DNA of 64,000 nt from Octopus sinensis (Eukaryota): NCBI RefSeq assembly GCF_006345805.1, contig NC_043022.1, positions 11,346,001 to 11,410,000 of the forward strand, read 5' to 3'. Made by a program: the position numbers and the translations under genes. Shown here piece after piece: positions 38,768 through 50,300 of this stretch (positions within the stretch are counted from its first letter, which is position 1; each line of letters begins with the position of its first letter). The notes beneath the pieces were generated by a model. It had not been told where the DNA came from. It saw nothing but the letters and a program-made list of their open reading frames with translations, and ran no database searches.

Positions 38768-40847
38768 AAAGTAAGATCGGGGTTATGGGTGTAACCCACT
38801 ATGGGATATCATTTATCCAATATACTGTTGGTAAAGTACCCAAATTCTTAATACATAAATGTTTTTAATTGCAATGCAATTAAGTCATTTATTATATTAA
38901 ATGGGTGAAGGTAAAGAAATATTTTTATCGTAAATTTATATAATACAAATAAGAAAATGGAGAAACAAATTTAGTTTGTTCATCAACTTATGGATATTAT
39001 AATTTTAGATTATTTATTCATTTTACAAATGAGAACATCAAAAGCATACAAAATGCCTACAATCCTAGCATGTTGACATCTATAGGCAATGAAAATTAGA
39101 TTCACTTTTGACCATAGGCTGAAACAGCTGTAAGAAGTAATTTCTGGATTTCAATAATTTATAATATGACTTTTAAAATATGTATTTGTATTATTATCTT
39201 ATCTATTGATTTATATAATATTTTGTATGCTTTTAATGTTCTCATTTGTAAAATGAATAAATAATCTAAAATTATAATAGCCGTAAGTTGATGAACAAAC
39301 TAAATTTGTTTCTCCATTTTCTTATTTGTATTATATATATGCATGTATGTATGTATACACACATATGTATATATTTGTGTAAGATATATTTATGTATTTG
39401 GTTCCATTGTTACAAAAATAATAAAACTTTCATTTTAAATATGATTTGTATGATAAGGTCCTTAATATTTCTTTTTTTCCTTTGTAGAGTTTTCAACTTG
39501 TTCTCCTGATCAATTCACCTGCTCCAATGGTGAGTGTATATCATTGGCTAACCGATGCAACCGTCAATACGACTGCCGTGATGGAAGTGATGAATTCAAC
39601 TGCAGTAAGTGTAAAAACTCTTACAACATATCTTTCCTCCCTCATCTCTCTCTCTCTCTCTCTCTCTGTTAGCCTTTGTCTCTGACTCTTTTTTTCACTA
39701 ATATTTTATTTATTGCTTGTTTTTGTTGTCATTGCCTTCATTATTCCTGTCATCATCATCATCATCATTGAAAAATCCCAGGTCGAGTGCTATGGACATG
39801 TGATAAGAACGTTACAGGAAAGAATAATAAGACAGATTATCTCTATATATACAAACGGCAAAATGTCTGTCTCTGTGTGTGTGTATCCTTTATAAAAATC
39901 CACAATTTTCCAGTTAGAGGGCTCACACTTTCTATGGTCATTCAAAACCGTCCAAGGGTGGTCGTGCACATCTTTACATTTCCCCAGTCACCCCGCAAAG
40001 CCATTAAAAAATCAATAGAAGTGACTTTTTTGTGAATTTTCTATCCAAAACCCAATCAAAATGCCCGAAACTTGATACGCCAATTGAATGCCAGCTAGCT
40101 GTATGTGATTGGTCAGAGATTTGGACAGTACTCGCGTGTATATGCATGCACTAGCACTATGATCTGGCGTTGCCGGGTCATAGTGCTAGTAAAGGATAAT
40201 AAGACCAAGTGAACTGGTTAGAGCCCTAGGGATAGACCAAGAATGGGATGGTTGGATAATATCCATAATTTCAGTTGGTCATGCTTGAGAATCCAGCCAG
40301 GAATTCTAATGACAGTTGCTTCTGATAGGACCCTGTATAGGAGGTGCCTGTGGACTCTACCTCACTGACTCTCCAGGAATAGCTGGCAGAGAAGAAGGAT
40401 GGTTGAACTAATAATCATCTCTTCATTGGTAGGAAATATCCACATGGTTGCAGGATTTTAGAAATTGCAACCAAAGCTCCCTCAACGTAGAAAAGAAACT
40501 TTCTGATCTCAACCTTTTTATGTGGGAGAAAAAATATAGTTGCAAGATGACAACTGACATTTGGCAGTTTGTGATGTTCTTTACAAAAAAGAACTTAAAT
40601 TGTGATGAAGCTAATTTAACTCATGCATCTTGCAACAATGGTGACGTTTGAAGTTCCATTCAAGGATGAGGATCAGCAAAATGTGTATCCTGAGGTTATA
40701 AATTTGTTAATAATTAGTTAGATCTGCAGCTAATTAAACTTAGTGAAATAACTCCCATTGCAGAAGACCTGTCTACTCGAGAAAATTTAAACTTTGGCAA
40801 TATATAAGGTGGTGGGTTTATCTGCATGTCCTGGTGTGGCTGTGCAG

Positions 40848-40878
<31 letters not shown>

Positions 40879-42916
40879 CATATGTGGAGGCGCAATGGCC
40901 CAGTGGTTAGGGCAGCAGATTTGCAGTCGTAGGATCGCGGTTTCGATTGTGGGTGTTTATTGAGCGGAAACACCTAAAGCTCCACGAGGCTTCAGCAATG
41001 GGTTGTGGCGATCCCTGCTGTACTCTTTCGCCACAACTTTCTCTCACTCTTTCTTCTGTTGGCCTGCAGGGTGGCGTCATTTGAAGGCTAGTGCAATGTG
41101 AAGCGCATTGTGACCAGCGATGTGTAGCAGCATCTGATAGCCTGGTTGGTTACATGTTATATATATATATATATACACACATATATATGAAATTTATAAC
41201 CCCAAGTTTTGCAGTTTCCATTCATACATTTCATATTATTATAAGATATTGCTGTATTCTGTGATGACATTCAAGGTAATCATTTTCATAGACATGTGGT
41301 TCCAGAGCAAATTCCTCTACTATCAAGCCATATTTTGTGCTACTAATTTTTTATGGAAAAACTCCTGAGCTTTGCATTAAATTAGTTATGAATGTTTAGC
41401 TTTGCATTAAAATGAGATACCATTACTTATTGAATTGATTCAAAATTTACAGCTACTTCGAGGTGTTCATCAAACCAATTCCGTTGTCAAGATGGGAGTT
41501 GTATTCCTGCAGACAGACGCTGTGACCGACGCTATGATTGCCGTGATCGAAGTGATGAAAGGGATTGTGGTTTGTATTCATTTTTATTTTATATTGTTTC
41601 TCTTTTCTTATTATACAGTTTTGCATTGCAGAAGATAGCTCAGTATGTTGACATCTCTCACTCACAATGTCTTCTTCTTATTCCAACTGAAAACAAGGCC
41701 ATAAAATTTCTCTAGTTTTAATTTACAAGTCCTAACTGCAGCTGAGGGAAGTCTTGGAAGAAATTTTGAAATATGGATCTCTTTCATGGACAAGTCTACA
41801 AAAATATGATGAATGAAATTGACCCCACCACCTGACAAGTACTTTGCTTTAATAATGATTTCTTATATAGGCAGAAGGCCAGAAATTTGTATTAGGAGGG
41901 ATAAGTCAGTTATATTGGTGCCATTTCATTTTTGGCTAGTACTTTATTTTATTGACCCTAAAACAATTGATTTTAGTTGGACTTGAACTTAGAACATAAA
42001 GAACTAGAGCAAATACCACAAGACATTTTATCCCCATACCGCCAGTTACTCCACCTAATAATAATAACAATAGGCTACAAATTTGAGATGACAGGCTAGT
42101 CGATTGTACTGACCCTAGTACTTTGCATACTTAATTTTATTAACCCCAGTGGGAGGATTGGTAAAGTTGACCTCAGCAGGAATTGGGCATAAATAGGCAG
42201 AACAAATATTGCAAGGCATTTTGTCTGACAGTGTAAGAGTTGTGCCAATAACAGAAACCTATAAACTGTAGAAGGACTCATAGCATTACACATGAGATGT
42301 GGGTTGGATCTGTCTGCTAGAAACAACCCGCATGCTATGCAAAACCCTTTCAGTTCAATAACTCTACTCAAACTCACTACCCACAACACATACCTTTTAT
42401 GATAACCATCCACTAAAATAATGCAACACATACTCTACACAATCAAAATACTTCTATATGACCAGTAGTAGGCAATATGACACCAACAACTCATACAACT
42501 TGTATTCTCCACAGCTGCAGTCTATTAATGCTGCAGAAACCGCATCACATACTCTTCATAATCACCATCTGACACCCACCAAAACCCGTGACATGAACCA
42601 CACAGCACATATTTAACTCAAATAGCACTTATAAAAATCACTTGACTCATATTGCAAGTACATAATCATCAAAATATCAAAGTATCAAGCTGAATCTAGC
42701 AGTCAAATCCCATAACAAAGATGAAATTGACGCAGCATGCAAGCGCAAGTTTACATCCTCAAAAAAAAAAGATAATGCTGCACACACACACACACAACCT
42801 CAGGAACATAGTTACCGTAGTAATGTTATAGGAACTTGCATAAAACAGTTGCTGTTGCTCATGATGTAGTAGTAGTAGTTGTTGTAGTAGTAGTAGTAGT
42901 AGTAGTAGTTGTTGTT

Positions 42917-42951
<35 letters not shown>

Positions 42952-45900
42952 TGTAGTAGTTGTAGTAGTAGTAGTAGTAGTAGTAGTTGTAGTATTATTA
43001 GTAGTAGTTGTAGTTTAGACACATGACGAGCAATTTTGAAAGAAATGGAGTCAGTTGATTCCACCAACCTCTGTACTAGGCCGATATTTATTTGTCAATC
43101 CTGGAAGGATTAAAGGCAAAGTTGACCTTGGCGTGAGTTGAACTCTTCACACCTAAGTTCAAAATCCCATTGAGGTCAATTTTGCCTTTTGTCCATTTGG
43201 GATCAATGAAGTAAAGTACCAGTCAAATACTAGGGTCAATACAACTGACTTCTCTCCTTCTAAAGTTAGACCATGTCCCTATGTTGCAATCATGTCATCA
43301 ACAATTTGGTAGGGCTGTTGGTGTTAGTACATGTTCTAACTCCTTCTGAGCTGAAATCTTGCACCAACTTTGCCTTTCATTGTTCTAGGTTGATACAGTA
43401 AAGGTGCCAGTCAAGTACTGGGGTTGATTTAATGAACTGACTCTTCCTCTAATTTTGTAACCTTTGTGCCTGAAATAGGGTAAAAAATGTAAAGACACCC
43501 TTCAGTAATAAATGGCCATGAGATTTCACCTAGAGAGTTCCCCTCCAAGGTACAAGTCCATGTCAGATTGTTTATTGAACACCAGCAGCCACCCATGCAT
43601 ATCAGCCCCCCCCCCTCTCCATTCCACCGATGTTATCCAAGGGCAGAGCATAGGCTGATACTGCTTGGCACCAGTGACGTCGCAACTCATTTCTACAGCT
43701 GAGTGAACTGGAGCAGTGTGAAATAAAGTGTCTTGCTCAAGAATACAACACACAGCCCAGTCTGGGAATTGAACTCACTACCTCATGATTGTGAACCCAA
43801 TGCTCTAACGACTGAGCCATGTGCCTGTATTAAGAAGAGTAACAAGAAGAAGAAAAAGAAGAATGCATTTGTATTGAGATGTATATGAGTCTGTATGTAA
43901 AGCTCACATATCCACATGATGATGTGCTCTCCGTAATTTGTTCTTGTAATTTTGGTAAAAATCTCACCTGCCATATGGTTTTTGAAGCATTATGCACCAT
44001 TTCTTTACTACATATTAATTTCATGCACTTTTATCTACTTAATTTATATTGCAACTCTGATGATGTATTTTTGAATGTGCTTGCCTAATAAGCACTTTTT
44101 TTTGTTCATTCAACAAAGATGCTGAAGATAAAAATAAACCATATTCTCAAAATGTATTCACAAAATTTTGACAAAATCTCACATGCAATTTGTTTGAAAC
44201 ACGATGCACCCTTCTCATCATGTTAAGCAATTTCATGCACCATTCACTCACTTAATGCACTCTCACCTCAATTAATGTTGCATCTCTGATGATTTAGCTT
44301 TAAGGGGTTAAAAATAGGACAAACTCCCCTCTGCATTCCATATCTAATTTGTCCTTCCTATTTTATGGTGGGGGAGTTTGATTTGAAGGACATGTGGTTA
44401 CTTTTTCCAGCAGGTCAAATAACTCTGTTGAAGATCCCTTTTTGATTCATTCAGAATCACTTGTTATATTGGAGAGATTTGTTTTTATTTTGAATATTGA
44501 ATATCCTGAGTCAGCTTTGTTTGTGCTAACCTATGGCTTGCAAACAGCTGACAAAGTCCAGGCCAACACTTGATAAACTGATATAAACTGCATGACAAGT
44601 TGATTCTATTTTGTATAATGGATTATTCAACAAAGGAAAAGCAGTACATGACACATTTAAGAGTCTTCTATGATTGGTGGAAGGAGTTTAATCCACTAAA
44701 ATCACCCAAAGGCTTGATGGTTGAAGAACTTTGTTACTTAACAAAAGTTGTTGTTCCTTTATTATCAGCAAAGTCTTTAAGTACCTTTGGACCAGTTTCT
44801 TCTTAGGAACGAGTTGGTGCCAACATACTCAATGTAGTGAACCAAGAAATTTTAATTAATTAAAACTACTTCTGGTGGTCAGGGGAAAGAATTCATCATC
44901 ATCATTGTTCGACCATGGTCGAGACAATGGAATTTACTATGCTACGCCAGACTTCACGGTCCATCATAGCATTACGGAGGTCCTGTTGCTGGATGCCTGT
45001 ATCCCTGGAGATTACATCAGGGTAGGAGAGGGAAAGAATTATTTACTTATTTAATTTTAATCAAGAAAGGCGAGGGGAACAACTGTGAAATTTTAATTAG
45101 TTAAAAATAGAATATTACTAATACAGTAGTTAGTGAGTTTGATCTTAGTATTACTGTGACAGTCTGGATATGTATTGGTCTTGTTAAACCAAAGCATATC
45201 CAGATGTGTCACTGTACTGCTAAGAAAATGGTGATGTGGATGATATATTACACTGCTAGGCTTGGGAGTTTGGGTATGATATAAGTTGTTCAAAGCATTT
45301 CCAGATAGAACACTTTATTCTACCTTAACTCATTTCACCAAATTATTGTAATAGGCAGCAACTATCCTTGAGGAAAATTAACTGTTATGACCAAGAATGC
45401 TATTCACTGAGAGATTTGTGTCTTACTCACTTTAGACTAAAGAAATCCGAACTAAGTGCTGACCCTTGATACCATGAACATTCTATTTTAAAAAGAAAAA
45501 TAAGCTTTATATTAATAGATTTGACCTTGAAGCCACTTTATAGCTGTTCTTTTGCTTTCTACATAATACAACAACCTTGTTATGTTGCTCTTAAAGGATG
45601 CTCAGCTGGCCAATTCCGGTGCCAGAATGGATTATGTATCGACGAAAACAAAATCTGTGACTCCAATGATGACTGTGGAGATCAGTCAGATGAAATAGAC
45701 TGCAGTGAGCTTTACAAGATATTTTGTGATTTGTTTGCATGCTTCTTGGATTTTGCTGCAAGTTTACTTAATCTTGCTTTGATTGTATTTCTTTTGTCAG
45801 GTGAACATTATAACGTAATGAAGAGTCTTAAAATGGCTGGATAATATAATGTCTCTTTTCTTTTTTGTTTCTTCACACACACACACACATCAGAGTGAGT

Positions 45901-47319
45901 GTGAAGAGCATGAATAACCAATGTATCCCCCCCCCATATAAAACAAGAACGTGTTCTATACACATTCACTGTAGACCTCATATACTGTAATGTGTGTGTG
46001 ATGTATGTAGTTTTCTTTTTAACTGTTTTAAGTATCTTCATTACAACCAAAATCCACTGAAAACCTCTCACCAATAACTGTCTGAAGCTAACATAAACTG
46101 TTTCATTAATTGACATGTTCTGTTTAAAGGGTTGTCTGTGTAATTGTCGTTCTTCTTATCAAGTAATTCAACAATAATTTCCTTATATAGACAGTGTTTC
46201 ATTGCTAGTAATTCCCCTATTGTTATATAAATTACCCCAATAAATGCTTGTGTTTGCTTGTATTATATAAAACATATCTATAAATGAATAAAATTACATA
46301 AAAAAACCCCTGGAAACTACCTTGAATTTGCTTGCATTTACATTTATATCAAATGTGCTAGTGAATCCACAGAATTACATAAAATACCCTGAACTTGCCT
46401 GTGTTATATATAACAAACTGTAAATAAATCTATTAAATTACATAAATTACCACCGTAACAGCCTTAAATTTGCTTGTGTGATGTGTATATGAAATGTATA
46501 AACATAGGTACAAAACCGTAAACTATACCACCAAGTGCCCAGTGTTTGCCTTTGAATATAAAAATGTGTTAATAAATGCATAAAATTATATAAGCAAAAC
46601 AACCCTACCATAACCATCCTGGATTTGCCTGCATTATATAATGTATAAATATATCTACAAAGTTATATATATTCCCCAAGTAACTGTTCTTTGCTTGCCT
46701 ATATTTTAATAAACTTCCTCTGTATTTTCCAAACAATTTTACTAACTGTTGTATGTTGTGTAAATTACTTACAATATAAACTTCCCCAGTAATAACACTG
46801 TTGTATTTATTACTACAGCAATTGGTTGATGCTGTATATATTACCCTATTGCTTTCTCAATATTATGTGAATAACTTATGTTAAGAGGAAAATGTAGGAA
46901 TGTATCTTATAATATGAATTATTTATCTTAAACAAATTTAGTAATTTTCTAATATAAAACTGTTTTACTAATTAACTAAAATTATATGAAAATATCAGTT
47001 TTGGAGAAGATTTTTTTCATTTTAGATTTTTAACATATTTCAATTGTTGACTAATAGTATTGGTGGTTAGAGGTTTCCAATGAACCAAACAATTGGTTTA
47101 CTGAATTTCTCACAGTGAGAGTGACATTTGTCTATAAATTAGTGCAGAACAAATATTGCATTTTCATTTACCTCAACAAAGTTTACATACCTCAAGAATA
47201 TACATAAACAAAAGATAAATGCTTCCATATATATACATATACAGGAACTGCACCCAGTAGCCAATACCTGTGGGTAAGCTTTATAAAGTAAACTACATGG
47301 TTCATATCCAAATTGAAAT

Positions 47320-47365
<46 letters not shown>

Positions 47366-50300
47366 TATGTATATGTAAACAGGCTTCTGCACAGTTTCCA
47401 TCTTACCAAATTTCATTTACAAGTTACTGGTTAATCCAAGACTGTGGAAGAAGACTTTTGCCCAAAGTACCACAATGTGGGATTGAACCCAGACTCATAT
47501 GGCTGTGAAGTAAATTTTTTATACCAATATGTTTCAGCCTAAAGTATTCATATTTGAATAAAAACCTTCTTTTATATAAGCAAATAAAAAGTTAATGATT
47601 AAAAGTTTACTTAGTTTCACTAAATACCTCTATATTCGTGATGCTAATTATTCAAAAATTAATTAAAACCCATAGATAGTGTATTTCAAGAGAAATACAC
47701 ATGGATAGTTTATTTCTCTTGAAATACACTATCTATGGGTTTTAATTAATTAATACTCATTAAAAATATTGTAAGGAAAATGAGATATTTCTATATTTAC
47801 TTTTGTAAACTAGCTTAGCATCTGCTCAATATTGTATGGACTATTATAGAAATTATTTGATCTTCTGAAATATTCTTAAATATTTGTCTAAAATATTTTC
47901 TTATTTTTGTACTTATCAGTAACAACAGTTACTGTCAGAATAAACCCACCTAATATCAGGGTGAAAGCTGGACGTCAAGCATTATTTACCTGTGATGTTC
48001 TGGAAGCAGAAGCCTCAGAAATCAACTGGCTCAGGCAGTCTGGTGTAAGTTTTTGCTTTGCCCTCTCCATAATTCACACCATCACCAACACCACTAAATA
48101 TTAAATTCTATACTTTTTTTTTTTTTAGCAATAGCTTTAGTAGATAGCAGGCTCATCTATAAGAAAACTAAGGATTATCAGTGTCAAGAAAAAAATGATT
48201 TAAAGTTACCCACTAATAAAACAAATCAGTGTGTTCTGAGAAGAGAATTTGGATCTTTTCGGTTTGAACGGCAGTTTTTTCTAGCGGTGTCATATGAAAT
48301 TGTCACCCATAATTATGACCCTAGTATCGATCTATTGCATTTCAATCTGTTTTAGGGTTAGGGGTAGGGGGAAGGGTATCTTTTTTTCTTCACAAATGTA
48401 AATAAACCCAATCTGTTTCTTAAACGAGGGACATATTCATACGGCACAGAATGTATTTTACCTCAATGGACGTCACTGATTGGTTGAAATTGCAGAAATT
48501 GAAGAAAAAAAAACAACAAATATCTTACAAACTATAGAATTTTCTCAATAAAGCCAAGAGAAAAAGATGTTTTATAAACACATTCTACCAGTATACGAAG
48601 TTTAAAATTTTTTAGTTACCTAGAAATTATGTTAAAAAAACAGTGATGATGATGATGATGACTGGTTTCCTTTTGTCTGTCACTCTGAAAGGAGAAAGCT
48701 GTGGCTGAGCTGGGAGAGGTGGAAAAGTGGGAACGCAGGTATTATAAAGGAAAGAACATCAGTTAGATAAATAGAAGGGTTAAAGATTGAATAAAAAACA
48801 GGTAACATGCATATGCATGCTATTCCACACATACACACACACACACACAACACATATCTTTCATTTCTATCTATCCTTTGCAGAGAGCTCTTCCACCAAC
48901 AAGAAGTCACATTGATGGCAACAGACTTATTATTTATGATACTCAACCATCTGATGCTGATGATTATATCTGCGAAGCTATTATCCGAGGCCAAAAATTT
49001 GCCAAGACAGCAAACCTTATTGTAGAACTTGGTAAGCTGGAAATGCTTTTTGTATTGTTTTCTCATTAGAAATGCACATTTCATCATATACTAAAAAGGT
49101 TTGATAATATGTAATTGGTTTTAGAATTGGCAGCACAAAGTTTCATGATCCAGCTCAAGGTGCCTCTCCAATTTAATGTGAATTGCAGCTATATGGCCAC
49201 TTGACCTGCAAGTAGTAGCAGCAAGCCAAGTCACCCACAAATCATGCCTAATACTTTGAGAAACATATTTAAAAACAAAGGGGAATGGCCTGTTGGTTAG
49301 TGTAATACAGCCCTAGATGGGATGGTTGTAACTAGAACACCTTTGATCATAGGTCAGCTTGCTTAGGACTGACCTGGCACTTAATAACAATAACAAAAGT
49401 TTGTGAAAATACAGCCAGGAAGGGAGCCTCTACATGGTTGTTCAGCTGTTAGAAATACTAGCCAAAACTCTATCAAATCATAGCTTAACTCTTGTAAATT
49501 AAGAAGACGTTAATGCGGTGTCGTTAATCGTCATTTACAAAAGAAGTAAAAAGGACAGTATGATCACAGGTGAAACATTCTTGATCATAGTTTTACCTCA
49601 TAGGGTTGACATGGGCCTAAACAACAACAACAACAACTATGTAATATCAAAATGTCCAAGTTAATTTTTTCTCTAACCATTTGCTCATAGTGAAGCAGAC
49701 TGTAGCATACATGATGCAGTAAGCCAAAATATATTAATAAAAATTATACTTTTAGTAATCCTTTCTATTGTAGACACAAGACTAAAACTTTGGGGTAAGG
49801 GAGCTAGTCAATTTCATTGACCCTAGTACTCAACTAGTGAAGGCACGTGGCTTAGTGGTTAGGGGCATTCAGCTCATGATCGTAAGGTGGTGAGTTTGAT
49901 TCCCGGCAACGCGTTGTGTCCTTGAGCAAGACACTTTATTTCACGTTGTTCCAGTCCACTCTGCTGGCAAAAATGAGTTGTACCTTTATTTCAAAGGGCC
50001 GGCCTTGTCACACTTTTTTCACGCTGAATCTCCCTGAGAACTACGTTAGGGGTACACGTGTCTGTGGATTGCTCAGTCACTTGCACGTTAATTTCATGAG
50101 CAGCCTGTTCCGTTGATCGTATCAGCTGGGACCCTCGTCGTTGTAACCGACGGAGTGCTCCTATAGTACTCAACTAATACTTATTTCATCAACCCTAAAA
50201 GAATGCAAAGCAAAGTCAACCTTGGAAGAATTTGAACTCAGAATGTAGAGACAGATGAAATGCCATTTAGCATTTTGTCCAACATGCTAATGATTCTCCT

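Noticed and set aside
40884-40950. Possible tRNA gene (also 43760-43826, 49837-49910, 54215-54284)
   Set aside because: A and B boxes are present, but there is no complete cloverleaf and each continues into a repeated SINE body.
42759-43067. Poly-V and poly-L/Q ORFs in the track
   Set aside because: They are translations of a (GTA/GTT)n microsatellite.
2082-45704. LDLR/LRP/vitellogenin-receptor identity for the LDLa array
   Set aside because: No EGF or YWTD propeller exons occur between or after the repeats; Ig domains follow instead.
48350-48372. Interstitial telomeric repeat (ttagggttaggggtagggg)
   Set aside because: Only about three degenerate units, inside a probable repeat fragment starting near 48251 whose second terminus I could not find.
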